50,951 bases of DNA from the NCBI GenBank assembly GCA_038077975.1, contig JBBUGM010000027.1, positions 1 through 50,951 on the forward strand. Direction: 5' to 3'. Both the position numbers and the translations under genes were made by a program. The notes beneath the pieces are model-generated. The model did not search any database, had not been told where the DNA came from, and worked only from the letters and a program-made list of their open reading frames with translations. Position 1 is the first letter of the stretch; each line of letters opens with the position of its first letter. The stretch comes from Patescibacteria group bacterium. GTDB taxonomy: Bacteria > Patescibacteriota > Minisyncoccia > UBA6257 > 2-01-FULL-56-20. This document shows, piece after piece, positions 1-8,724 of the stretch.

Positions 1-21
1 TTATAATCTGGAATTTGCCTT

Positions 22-49
22 CCCGCTTCGCGTTGCGAAGCAAGGCGGG
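22..49. repeat. REP-like GC-rich hairpin
   Basis: cccGCTTCGC-gtt-GCGAAGCaaggcggg; core stem 25-31/35-41. Confidence 0.5.
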
Positions 50-73
50 CGGGGAATTTGGCATATAGTACCA

Positions 74-107
74 AAAAAAACTGGCTGCGCTTGCAGCCAG
101 TTTTTTT
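74..107. terminator. Bidirectional intrinsic terminator-like hairpin
   Basis: A7-CTGGCTGC-gctt-GCAGCCAG-T7, a 15-bp perfect stem. Confidence 0.7.
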
Positions 108-304
108 GTGGGCCAGGAAGGAATCTCACTACTCGGCGCTCTGCGCCTGCGTTTTAAAACCCATCGGTTTTAACCCGCTTGCTTCGCAAGCTTTTCCGCC
201 ACGGGAAAACTTCCGTTTTCCCGACCCCTTTCACGTTCGAGTCCACCATACAAAATAAATTTGCGCATTTTTATGCGCAAATTTATTTTGTGGGCCAGGA
301 AGGA
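104..304. repeat. 19-bp direct repeat of the tRNA-Ile 3' end flanking a multi-hairpin spacer
   Basis: ttttgtgggccaggaagga at 104-122 and 286-304. Confidence 0.8.
251..290. terminator. 18-bp perfect hairpin directly 3' of tRNA-Ile
   Basis: caaaataaatttgcgcat-tttt-atgcgcaaatttattttg. Confidence 0.75.
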
Positions 305-363
305 CTCGAACCTTCGATCCTCAAGGTATAAGCTTGATGCTTTAGCCGCTAAGCTACTGGCCC
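291..363 (-). tRNA. tRNA-Ile (anticodon UAU), CCA not encoded
   Basis: Reverse complement folds fully: acceptor GGGCCAG/CTGGCCC+A, D arm GCTT/AAGC, anticodon arm TCAAG-CTTATAC-CTTGA, T arm GAAGG-TTCGAGT-CCTTC. Confidence 0.93.
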
Positions 364-368
364 TTCCA

Positions 369-418
369 ATTCGCTATTCGCATTATTAATGAATCCTCAA
401 TTCGCGTTATTAGCGAAT
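369..418. repeat. Imperfect palindromic element, ATTCG/CGAAT family
   Basis: attcgcta (369-376) / tagcgaat (411-418) with internal attcg units. Confidence 0.55.
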
Positions 419-422
419 ACTC

Positions 423-1019
423 TTAGTCATTCACTGCCGTATCAAACCTTTCCATCGCCTGCGTTGCCTGGTTGTTGAAATTGTTGATCGCACGCACTTC
501 AGAGTTTATCTGGTCGATGAGCCGTCCCGCCTCACCGTATGGCGCGTGGCCGCCGGTGAATCGCGAACTCAAGACATCCAAGAGCTGGCCGAGGTAGCCG
601 CTGTAATTTATAAGGCGGCTGATCAGGGCCAATCGGTTCGCGATCGATTCCAGCGCCGCTTGCCGCGCTTCGAATGAATCGATCTCAGAAAGCGCCTTGG
701 TCATTTTCTCCACTTCGGAAGCAAGGAGGACTGCCTGATCTCTAATTTCTTGGCTTTGTCTTATAACTTCAGTTGCGAGATTCAGTGCCTCGGTGTAATT
801 CCGGTTCTGGTCTAGCTTATTGATCTCAGCCAAGTCCAAAACCGATTCGTTCGAAAGGTTAACGATATTCTGCGCCACAAGCGCGCCCTGAAGACGGGCG
901 TTCGTAAACTCCGCCGGGATACCCCCCGTAATTCCCAAAAATTGTCCCAAAAAATAGCCCCCTCCGGCGAGGAGAACGAGCACGAGAACCAATGTGATGC
1001 GCTTGGATGTTCTAGACAT
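423..1019 (-). CDS. Membrane-anchored helical hypothetical protein
   Basis: ORF 423-1040; ATG at 1019 (MSRTSKRITLVLVLVLLAGGGYF) gives an N-terminal TM followed by amphipathic helices. Confidence 0.8.
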   Translation of the reverse strand: MSRTSKRITLVLVLVLLAGGGYFLGQFLGITGGIPAEFTNARLQGALVAQNIVNLSNESVLDLAEINKLDQNRNYTEALNLATEVIRQSQEIRDQAVLLASEVEKMTKALSEIDSFEARQAALESIANRLALISRLINYSGYLGQLLDVLSSRFTGGHAPYGEAGRLIDQINSEVRAINNFNNQATQAMERFDTAVND

Positions 1020-1068
1020 GATCAAGAATAGTTTTAACAAATTTCACAAAAAACCGCAAGGGTTTTTG

Positions 1069-1139
1069 AGCGGGATACCGGAATCGAACCGGCGTCTCCA
1101 CCTTGGAAGAGTGGCGTACTGCCATTGTACGAATCCCGC
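1069..1139 (-). tRNA. tRNA-Gly (anticodon UCC), CCA not encoded
   Basis: GCGGGAT/ATCCCGC+U discriminator; anticodon arm CCACT-CTTCCAA-GGTGG; T loop GGTTCGATTCC; upstream TTGAGA-17-TATCAT. Confidence 0.93.
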
Positions 1140-1222
1140 ATTACAAACTCAATGATACAAACTCCAGAATTTAATCTCAAGGCGAATAGACGAGGTCCCT
1201 CCGGAGAGGGACCTTTTGATAA

Positions 1223-1666
1223 TCAAAAGCCAATCAATATCTCTGCGCCACAGGCCTGTTTTTTCACGAAAAAATCCTCTAGGCAAAAGCTGACGCCGTT
1301 CTGGGTTTTGACCATAGAAAGAGTGCCAGCTTCTCCCAAAATCCAGCTCTTTCCGTCATCCTTGAGTAGCGCAACATGGGCATGGTTCTTCTCGACCTCC
1401 ACGAACTTTGAAACAATAATCCCTTGCACAAAACAAAGCGACCCCTCTCTGCCATCCGAGCTCTTGAGTATGCGGCACTCGGTGTTTTTGACCTTCCTGT
1501 CCCGACGAAACTTTCTGGTCTGCGTCAAGAATGGTTTCGTTTTCACGGCGCGCCATCCCTCAAAAGGAGGCATAAATCCTTCCGGTGTGTGCAGATTGTC
1601 TCCTTCCGCGAACAGAATGGTTGCCGACAAAATCAGTGCGCAAAACAGGCCAGTGATGAATTTCAT
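1223..1666 (-). CDS. Secreted hypothetical protein
   Basis: Signal peptide MKFITGLFCALILSATILFA; SD GGGAGG upstream of ATG. Confidence 0.75.
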   Translation of the reverse strand: MKFITGLFCALILSATILFAEGDNLHTPEGFMPPFEGWRAVKTKPFLTQTRKFRRDRKVKNTECRILKSSDGREGSLCFVQGIIVSKFVEVEKNHAHVALLKDDGKSWILGEAGTLSMVKTQNGVSFCLEDFFVKKQACGAEILIGF

Positions 1667-2002
1667 AACTATCCTCCCGAACTAATATGTTGATGTTCCT
1701 ACTGGGCATTTTAGCATAGTCGAATCGATATGTCAAAAAGAAAACGGACCCGCTCGTAAAGAGGGGGTCCGGGGTTTATGTGCGCAGCCAAAGCCGCGCG
1801 AGTATTAGTGCTGACAAGATTGCCAGCAGAAGAGATAAAAAGTATTTATGATTCAGTGGGCTGATTTAAAGATAGCAGTTCGGTTGGGACGCGCAAGGTT
1901 TCTCTTGGGGATAAGTCGCATTCATAAATCAAGGGGTTGAAAACGCCGCAATACTCTGTTAAGCTCAAGCCAGAATTTGTTTGACAACCGAGGGGGCACA
2001 AA

Positions 2003-3748
2003 GTGAACGAAGAATGCCGCTGCTTTCAAGAAGAAAACCTTGTTCCTCTGCCATTGGGCCTTTGGCGGAGCATCAACAGCAATCCTCAAAGAACCGCCAT
2101 TGATTTCTGCGGACGCGCGTTCAGCTATGAAGATCTTGGCCTTTGGGCGGCGACTTTTAAAAAAATATTCGCTGGCCTTGGCGGTTTGGGCACCCCGGGC
2201 GACGAGATTCCGCGCATATCGCTCCTCCTGCCGAACGTGCCACAGTTTATCTTTGCTTATTTTGGCGCGCTCCTGAACCGCCAGATCGTCTCGCCCGTAA
2301 ACTATGTTCCCTTGGCAAGCCAACTCAAGACAGCCAAACCGAAAAATATCAAAATTGATGAGAAACTAATCAAACAATTCGAACAAACGCGTCTGAGCAT
2401 CGTTGTTGTGGCCGAACCGTTCTGGCCGATTCTCGAAAAGGTCGGTTTGGAACTATTCCGCGATTCCGTGATTATTATCACGAGCCCGGCCGATTTTCTT
2501 CCGAAAACGAAAAGTGTGCTCTATCCCCTGAGCGCTCTTTGGAACTACGGATTTGTAAGAATTCCGAAACGAGGGAACGTCGTCCGGCTTCGCGACCTTC
2601 TGCAGAACGACTGGCGACCATCGTTTGGCGTCTTCGAGGAATACGCCGCAAGTCCTGCCGCGCTCGAGGATGTCTCCCACTTGCAATATACGGGCGGCAC
2701 AACCGGCGCTCCGAAGGGCGCGATGTTAACTCATGAAAATTTGGTCTCTAACCTCTGGCGATGCCGCGAATATCTTGGCGAGATCGTTGAAGACGGTGCC
2801 TCCATGCTAGCCGCTTTGCCGCTGTGCCACTCTTACGGATTCACAATGGCCATGACAACGCTCATCGGCCTTAAGGGGAAACTCGTGCTCTTGCCGAAAT
2901 TTTCTCCAAAAGAGGCCTGTAAACTGATCGAGAAACATAAGATCAAGCTTTTTCCCGGATCGGGAAAGATGTTCGAAGCGATCCGGCCGCTGGTCGGCCA
3001 CTACGATCTTTCATCGTTGACATTCTGCCCAACAGGAGCGGAAAAAACGCCAACCGAACTCATTTCTTCGCTCCGCAAACAAGGCGTTCCCGTTTATGAG
3101 GGGTATGGACAATCGGAAACATCTCCCGTGATTTCTTTCTGCAAACCCGGCGCGGATAAAATCGGCAGCGTCGGCAAACCCATACCGGGAACCGAAATCC
3201 GCATTGTTGACGTCGAAAGCGGCGAAGAAAAACCGGCGGGAGAAATGGGCGAAATAATCGTGCGCGGGCCGCAGGTAATGAAGGGCTATTACGGCAACCA
3301 GAAAGAATCGGCGGCAAAAATAAAAAACGGCTGGCTTTATACCGGCGATGTCGGAAAAATTGACGAAGACGGATTTCTTTGGTTTATCGATCGAGAAGAC
3401 AATTCCGGAAAAGTGGCCGGGGAGTGGGTTTACGGAGCCCCCGTCCGCGAGTTTTTGCTTAAATATTGGGACATCAAGAATTGTGTCGTATTCTGCGTAC
3501 TTGACGAAAAAACCGGCCAATCCCCGGCCCACGCGTTTATTCTGCCAGGCGCGTCATTTACGAAAGAAGGTCTTGCCGCGCATCTCCGCGACCTGCCAAA
3601 CCCTTACTGGAGACCCAAAAAGGTGGTCATTTTTGACGAACCGGCGTTCAATCAGTGGTTCGATCCCGTTTTAAACAAGGTGAACTTCAAGGCCGCGAAA
3701 AAGTATTATCTTGAAAATCGCGATACGCTCCGATCGATTTATCCTTAA
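2003..3748 (+). CDS. Adenylate-forming enzyme, long-chain acyl-CoA ligase (FadD-like)
   Basis: YTGGTTGAPKG, YEGYGQSE, RGPQVMKGY and YTGDVG motifs; SD GAGGGG before GTG. Confidence 0.88.
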   Translation: MNEECRCFQEENLVPLPLGLWRSINSNPQRTAIDFCGRAFSYEDLGLWAATFKKIFAGLGGLGTPGDEIPRISLLLPNVPQFIFAYFGALLNRQIVSPVNYVPLASQLKTAKPKNIKIDEKLIKQFEQTRLSIVVVAEPFWPILEKVGLELFRDSVIIITSPADFLPKTKSVLYPLSALWNYGFVRIPKRGNVVRLRDLLQNDWRPSFGVFEEYAASPAALEDVSHLQYTGGTTGAPKGAMLTHENLVSNLWRCREYLGEIVEDGASMLAALPLCHSYGFTMAMTTLIGLKGKLVLLPKFSPKEACKLIEKHKIKLFPGSGKMFEAIRPLVGHYDLSSLTFCPTGAEKTPTELISSLRKQGVPVYEGYGQSETSPVISFCKPGADKIGSVGKPIPGTEIRIVDVESGEEKPAGEMGEIIVRGPQVMKGYYGNQKESAAKIKNGWLYTGDVGKIDEDGFLWFIDREDNSGKVAGEWVYGAPVREFLLKYWDIKNCVVFCVLDEKTGQSPAHAFILPGASFTKEGLAAHLRDLPNPYWRPKKVVIFDEPAFNQWFDPVLNKVNFKAAKKYYLENRDTLRSIYP

Positions 3749-3753
3749 AAATA

Positions 3754-3783
3754 AAATCCGCCTCTCTAGCGAGGGGCGGATTT
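3754..3783. terminator. Bidirectional terminator between the convergent ligase and tyrS
   Basis: aaatccgcc...ggcggattt stem flanked by A and T runs. Confidence 0.7.
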
Positions 3784-4978
3784 ATATTTTTATTCTAAAA
3801 AACTTCTTTTTACCAATCCTAACAACTTCTCCGCCGCGCAATTCCAGTTTTTCCGTGGGATTCTTTATCGTACGTCCGTCAATCTCAAAACCACCCTGCT
3901 CGATAAGGCGCCTTGCTTCGCTGTTGCTGGAAGCTAACCCGCGCACCACAATAGCGAGCGGAGCCCCACTTCTTTCCATTTTTAATTCGGGCATATCGGT
4001 CGGTGCTTCTTTTTTCGAAAAAACTTTCTCGAAATTTTCCCGCGCTTCGCGCGCGGCTTTTTCACCATGATAAATCCTGACAATCTCAAACCCAAGCCGC
4101 TCTTTCAGATCTTTTGGTTGGAGCTCTTTTTGCAGTTTTTTGATGTCGCTTTCGCTCAAATCCGTGCAAAGCAAGAAGTATTTCTCGACAAGCTTATCCG
4201 GCGCGCTCATTATTTTTCCGAACATATCGGCCGGCGCGTCGTTCAAACCGATATAATTGTCGTAGCTCTTGGACATTTTGCGCGCGCCATCCGTGCCTTC
4301 AAGAAGCGGCGTGGTTAAAACATCTTGCCCTATTTCTCCGGGAAAGTTGTAATTTTGCATCGTACTTCGCCCCATGAGCAAGTTAAATATCTGATCAGTT
4401 CCGCCAATTTCTACGTCGGCTTTTACTGCGACAGAATCGTACGCTTGGAAAAGGGGGTATATGAACTCGTCGAGTCCGATAGGATTATCCTCCTCTAAAC
4501 GCTTTTTGAAATCTTTTCTTTTTAGCAAGTTTTGAACCGCAAACCGCGTCATCATTTTGTGCTCGCTCATAAAACTCCACAAGCTCATCTTGCCGTACCA
4601 CTCCGAGTTGTAGCTAATCTCAAAGTTTTTTGAAGAAAAAGAAACTATGCGTGAAGCTTGTTCTTTATATTTTTTCATATTTTCTTTTATCTCTTTTTCG
4701 CCGAGCGGCGGGCGGGTTTTGTCGCGGCCTGACGGGTCGCCGATGCGCGCGGTAAAGTCCCCTATTATCAAAACCGCCTTACACCCCAAATCTTGAAACT
4801 CGCGGAGTTTGCGCAAAACAACAGCGTGCCCAAGGTGAAGGTCAGGAGAGGTGGGGTCGATGCCAAGCTTCACGCGCAATTTTTCGCCCGCCAAAAGCCG
4901 CCGCTCCAAATGCGCGCGGTCGATCGCATCGACAACATTGCGTGATAAAAGCTGTTTAACTTGTTCCTCGCGAGACAT
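3782..4978 (-). CDS. tyrS: Tyrosine--tRNA ligase
   Basis: GIDPTSPDLHLGH (HIGH), GGTDQIFN, KMSKS, C-terminal S4-like domain. Confidence 0.97.
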   Translation of the reverse strand: MSREEQVKQLLSRNVVDAIDRAHLERRLLAGEKLRVKLGIDPTSPDLHLGHAVVLRKLREFQDLGCKAVLIIGDFTARIGDPSGRDKTRPPLGEKEIKENMKKYKEQASRIVSFSSKNFEISYNSEWYGKMSLWSFMSEHKMMTRFAVQNLLKRKDFKKRLEEDNPIGLDEFIYPLFQAYDSVAVKADVEIGGTDQIFNLLMGRSTMQNYNFPGEIGQDVLTTPLLEGTDGARKMSKSYDNYIGLNDAPADMFGKIMSAPDKLVEKYFLLCTDLSESDIKKLQKELQPKDLKERLGFEIVRIYHGEKAAREARENFEKVFSKKEAPTDMPELKMERSGAPLAIVVRGLASSNSEARRLIEQGGFEIDGRTIKNPTEKLELRGGEVVRIGKKKFFRIKI

Positions 4979-5049
4979 TGTAATTTATATTATTACATAA
5001 GCTCCAAAGTTTTACTTATGGGGCTTTTTCCTTAAGCACGACTAAGCAA

Positions 5050-5178
5050 GGTTTTTGCTTCGCGAGGAGCTATCGGAGGGCCGATAAGCTTGGCATCGCG
5101 GAGCGATTTATCGACCCGAGATGCAAGATCGCTCCACCGCAGGAGTGGAGCGAATCTGGTCATCGCGAAGCAAAAACC
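5050..5178. repeat. 129-bp MITE-like structured element with 16-bp perfect terminal inverted repeats
   Basis: ggtttttgcttcgcga (5050-5065) / tcgcgaagcaaaaacc (5163-5178); internal hairpins such as cgctccac...gtggagcg; no target-site duplication seen. Confidence 0.7.
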
Positions 5179-5183
5179 GAGCG

Positions 5184-5795
5184 CTACTTGCCTTCGCTCT
5201 TCGAGTTCTTGATGATCTCGTCTATTACGCCATAATCCTTGGCTTCTTTTGCGCCAAGCCAGAAATCGCGGTCGGTGTCTTTTTCAACCTGCTCAAGCGG
5301 CTGGCCGGTGTGCTTCGAAAGAAGCTGGTTCACTTTGTCTTTAGTTTTCACGATCTGCTTTGCGGTTATCTCGATGTCGATCGCCTGTCCCTCGGCGCCG
5401 CCCATCACTTGGTGCAGCAAGACCTCGGCGTTCGGCAGGGCAAATCTCTTTCCTTTTTTGCCCGAAGCCAAAAGGAAGGCGCCCATCGAAGCGGCGATGC
5501 CGACGCAGATCGTTGAAACATCCGGCTTAACGAATTGCATCGTGTCGTAAATCGCCATTCCGGCCGTTACCGACCCCCCTGGAGAATTGATATAAAGCTT
5601 GATGTCTTTTTTGGGGTCTTCGTGCTCCAAAAACAATAGTTGCGCGATAACCGTGTTCGCCACACCGTCGTGTATCGGTCCGCCCAAAAAAATTATGCGC
5701 TCGCGCAAAAGCCGCGAGTAAATATCATACGCCCGCTCCCCGAACTGGGATTTCTCGATAACCGTCGGGATCAAATATTGGTTGTGTTCCTCCAT
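5184..5795 (-). CDS. clpP: ATP-dependent Clp protease proteolytic subunit
   Basis: [37 protein letters not shown] (catalytic Ser), LHQ, DRDFW. Confidence 0.98.
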   Translation of the reverse strand: MEEHNQYLIPTVIEKSQFGERAYDIYSRLLRERIIFLGGPIHDGVANTVIAQLLFLEHEDPKKDIKLYINSPGGSVTAGMAIYDTMQFVKPDVSTICVGIAASMGAFLLASGKKGKRFALPNAEVLLHQVMGGAEGQAIDIEITAKQIVKTKDKVNQLLSKHTGQPLEQVEKDTDRDFWLGAKEAKDYGVIDEIIKNSKSEGK

Positions 5796-5802
5796 GATTG
5801 AA

Positions 5803-5831
5803 ATTCTAGCAAATTAAAATAAGAAAGACAA
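5803..5831 (-). promoter_or_regulatory. Sigma70-type promoter of clpP, likely leaderless
   Basis: TTGTCT-17-(TGc)TAGAAT, then 7 nt to ATG. Confidence 0.65.
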
Positions 5832-5849
5832 GCCGCGAATAGCTTCGCT

Positions 5850-5881
5850 AAAAAAATAATGGGGCGGACATTTGTCCGCCC
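5850..5881 (-). terminator. Terminator after the 5888-6268 gene
   Basis: gggcggac/gtccgccc stem followed by a T-rich tail on the minus strand. Confidence 0.6.
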
Positions 5882-5887
5882 AAAGGA

Positions 5888-6268
5888 TCACATTTGCAAA
5901 TCCTGCGCAAACTTATTGGCGGCATCTTGCCCAAATTCAGAAACAATCCACGAGTAAACTTCATGAAGCCAACCACAAGCCACGCTTATCGCCATTTCCT
6001 TCGCGCCCGCAAGAGACGCCGTGCCTCTCTCTCCTTCGACGTAGTAAACTCTATGACCGGGCCGGACAAGGCGGTTGCGCCCGGACATCGTCCTCTCTAT
6101 CGCATACCCACGCGGAAGATCCAGAACACGAGAACCGTTCAAATACACTCGGCGCAAGATCGCTTTTGCGATAACGGCCGCGTGCCTGCGCAACTTCAAA
6201 TTCCTGCCAGAGTCGGGATCTCCTTCTCTCTCCATGGCTTTCCTTGCATTCAGTCCCAGATTGGCCAT
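5888..6268 (-). CDS. Hypothetical protein (126 aa)
   Basis: SD GAGGTG before ATG and a downstream terminator favour this frame over the overlapping plus-strand ORFs. Confidence 0.65.
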   Translation of the reverse strand: MANLGLNARKAMEREGDPDSGRNLKLRRHAAVIAKAILRRVYLNGSRVLDLPRGYAIERTMSGRNRLVRPGHRVYYVEGERGTASLAGAKEMAISVACGWLHEVYSWIVSEFGQDAANKFAQDLQM

Positions 6269-6391
6269 ACACCACCTCGCGTTTAAGGTCCGCCGACCTA
6301 TTTCTCCGTTTTGAGGCGGAGGTCAAACTATGGCAATTATAATGCCAATTCTCAAATTATGCAATTATACAAGTAACGCAATACCACAATA

Positions 6392-6431
6392 CAAAGTGTC
6401 CTGTCTGACGATCGTCAGACAGGACACTTTG
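6392..6431. repeat. 40-bp perfect palindrome with no loop
   Basis: caaagtgtcctgtctgacga|tcgtcagacaggacactttg. Confidence 0.85.
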
Positions 6432-6585
6432 CTGCTACGAACAATTTTCAATTATTCTTATATTCAGCGATCGCTGAATATAAGAATGCGCCACGATCTC
6501 TTACGACAATCCCTTCGTGACCGCCTTTTGACCGCGCGGCGGCAAAGGAATAGATTGAAGCCAGTACTTACCAAAGAGGTGCGCC

Positions 6586-7476
6586 TTGAAAATCCGGGTT
6601 CTTTTACTCATCGCCGTGTTGATCTCTGCGACTGCTTGTGGCAAAACCCCCGAACCGCGGAGAAAATCCTACAATCACACGTGGCCACAGAGGCCGGTCG
6701 CGCTCGTCGTTGCCGAATGGAACGGCAGACCGTATATCATCGCTTCAGCTTTTTCCATAGACGAAAGCGGAAGATTTTTCACGGCCAAACACTTTACGGA
6801 CGAACTCTTTTCTCTTGGTATCGAAACTTGCACGCTGTTCTACAACGGTTCTGTCTATGAGGCCTCTGTTGCCAAAATCCCGCCGCTCCGTGACGCCGCA
6901 GCGCTAACCATCAACGGCAAATTCGATCCTTCGCCGTATCCCATGCCATACAAAAGAACCGCGCGCAAACTTAAGGTCGGTGAAAAAGTTTTCATCGAGG
7001 GCTTCCATCCCCACCCGTTCTACATACGCGAAGCAAACGCGGCGGAAGGATTCCCCGACACGGTGATCTCCATCCTCAAAGATTATTACGGCATCGAAAT
7101 GCACGACAAGAACCGCGAATCGGAAATTGTTTCCGACCGGCTCGAAGCAAGGGTGCTTGCGACAAGAGAGAAGATCAAACTAGCCGGGAAAGACGACGAG
7201 TGGGGCAAGGTGAAAGACGATATCAACTATTACATCAAGGTTAAAACCGACCGCAACCACAAGTTCTCATTCGGCGGCTTGAGCGGCGGCCCCGTAACGA
7301 ATGGTCGCGGAGAACTTATCGGTCTTATCACTGCAGAGCAGGTTGTACGCATGGAATTCGACGACCGGGGGATGCTCATAAACCCCTTTGCGGCACAATT
7401 CAAGGCCGTTTCCGACACAACTTACGTGACCCCGATCGAAGAGATCCTCGACCTCTACTCCAGCATCGGCAACTAA
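6586..7476 (+). CDS. Trypsin-like (S1) serine protease, predicted lipoprotein
   Basis: Lipobox-like ATAC-G; FTAKH (His), LRDAAAL (Asp), GGLSGGP (Ser); SD AGAGGT before TTG. Confidence 0.82.
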   Translation: MKIRVLLLIAVLISATACGKTPEPRRKSYNHTWPQRPVALVVAEWNGRPYIIASAFSIDESGRFFTAKHFTDELFSLGIETCTLFYNGSVYEASVAKIPPLRDAAALTINGKFDPSPYPMPYKRTARKLKVGEKVFIEGFHPHPFYIREANAAEGFPDTVISILKDYYGIEMHDKNRESEIVSDRLEARVLATREKIKLAGKDDEWGKVKDDINYYIKVKTDRNHKFSFGGLSGGPVTNGRGELIGLITAEQVVRMEFDDRGMLINPFAAQFKAVSDTTYVTPIEEILDLYSSIGN

Positions 7477-7486
7477 TAACGAATAT

Positions 7487-7515
7487 TCCCCGCCAAGCCA
7501 ATGGCGGGGATTTTT
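7487..7515 (+). terminator. Terminator after the protease gene
   Basis: tccccgcca/tggcgggga followed by ttttt. Confidence 0.7.
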
Positions 7516-7533
7516 GTCTCGAAATTCGGCCTT

Positions 7534-7562
7534 TTGACTGAACAACTTTCTCGCCGTATCCT
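7534..7562 (+). promoter_or_regulatory. Promoter of the moxR cluster
   Basis: TTGACT-17-TATCCT. Confidence 0.55.
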
Positions 7563-7599
7563 TATCTTAGATTTTCGACATTTGAAAAAGGAACTAAAA

Positions 7600-8724
7600 A
7601 TGGATGAAAAAACTGCAAGAGAAAAGATCTACGCAGTTGAACATGAAGTGAAAAAGTGGCTTTTCGGAATCGACCCCGCGATACACAATCTCTTAATGTG
7701 CCTTTTCACGTTGGTCCCCTACACCTCGAAAGCGGGACGAAAAGAGCTGGGCCAAGCCCACGCGCTCTTGATCGACCTGCCCGGCGTCGGCAAAACCGAC
7801 CTCATCCGAGGATTTGCTTTCGCAATTGGTGGCAAGTACGCCTTGATCACGGGCGGTCCGGAAAAAACAGAGGGTGAAGTCGTTGGCAAGAACATTTACA
7901 TCGCACCCTTAGGGAAGTTTATTCTCCAAAAAGGTCCTATCTTCAGAAACTTGATACTTTTTGACGAGATCAACAGAACCCACCCCAAGGGCCAGTCGGC
8001 TTTCCTCCAGGCAATGGAAGAAAGATTGGCAACGATCGGCTCGATCGACCTTGAAGCCGGCGGGCTCAAAGAAGATAATTTCCCGCTTTTCCCGATCTCC
8101 GACGATCCCAACGAAAAAGATATGTTCTTTTGGGTCATGGCGACCCAAAACCCGCTCGAGCAGCAAGGCACCTATCCTCTCCCCGAAGCTCAACGCGATC
8201 GCTTCACGGCATCCTTGAGCATCGGATTCCCGCAAAGAGAAAACGAGAAAATGATCAGAGCGCGCAACGTTTTGGTTGACGCGAAGGGTGAGCGGCTCCA
8301 GATCGAACAGGTACTTGACCTTAAGGAAGCAATTCTGATCAGTCAGCTCATACTTGAAACTGTGAGCGTTCCCGGAAGAGGCAACAACGGTTCGGACTTG
8401 GTTGACGAATACATCATGCGCCTCATCGAGAACTCGCGGCCCGGAAGCGACAAGCGCCTCCACTCCACAGACGAACTTAAAGAATTCGTCGACGAGAACT
8501 TGAAAGCCGGGATCTCGCCCCGCGCGAACTTCCATTTCGAAGCGCTGGCAAGAACACGGGCATTTTTCGAAGGAAGAATGCACGTTGATCTTAATGACAT
8601 AAAATATGTAGCGCCCCTTATCATGACTCACCGGCTGATAACGTCTCCCATAGCTACCGGAGCCAACATCAAAGAAGCAGACATTGTGAAGAAGATATTG
8701 GAAGGAACCGAGGTTCCGTCATGA
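7600..8724 (+). CDS. moxR: MoxR-family AAA+ ATPase
   Basis: Walker A DLPGVGKT, DEINRT, ATQNPLEQQGTYPLPEAQRDRF, GISPRA; start moved to ATG 7600 because 7501 lies inside a terminator. Confidence 0.92.
   Translation: MDEKTAREKIYAVEHEVKKWLFGIDPAIHNLLMCLFTLVPYTSKAGRKELGQAHALLIDLPGVGKTDLIRGFAFAIGGKYALITGGPEKTEGEVVGKNIYIAPLGKFILQKGPIFRNLILFDEINRTHPKGQSAFLQAMEERLATIGSIDLEAGGLKEDNFPLFPISDDPNEKDMFFWVMATQNPLEQQGTYPLPEAQRDRFTASLSIGFPQRENEKMIRARNVLVDAKGERLQIEQVLDLKEAILISQLILETVSVPGRGNNGSDLVDEYIMRLIENSRPGSDKRLHSTDELKEFVDENLKAGISPRANFHFEALARTRAFFEGRMHVDLNDIKYVAPLIMTHRLITSPIATGANIKEADIVKKILEGTEVPS

Noticed and set aside
104-250. Second tRNA or intron-containing tRNA
   Set aside because: Only a 3' acceptor/T-stem fragment and an opposite-strand T-loop 10-mer are present; there is no D arm or anticodon arm.
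4979-5183. T-box riboswitch upstream of tyrS
   Set aside because: No T-box consensus or terminator/antiterminator pair on the minus strand; the region is better explained by the inverted-repeat element.
5872-6860. Plus-strand ORFs 5872-6174, 5894-6286 and 6330-6860
   Set aside because: They lack SD or promoter support and overlap better-supported genes; 6330-6860 runs through the 40-bp palindrome and out of frame into the protease.
7501-7599. Extended N-termini given in the ORF track (7501, 10411, 11874, 25189 and 25143 starts)
   Set aside because: These extensions run through terminators, promoters, repeats or upstream genes; downstream ATGs fit the family N-termini and gene overlaps better.
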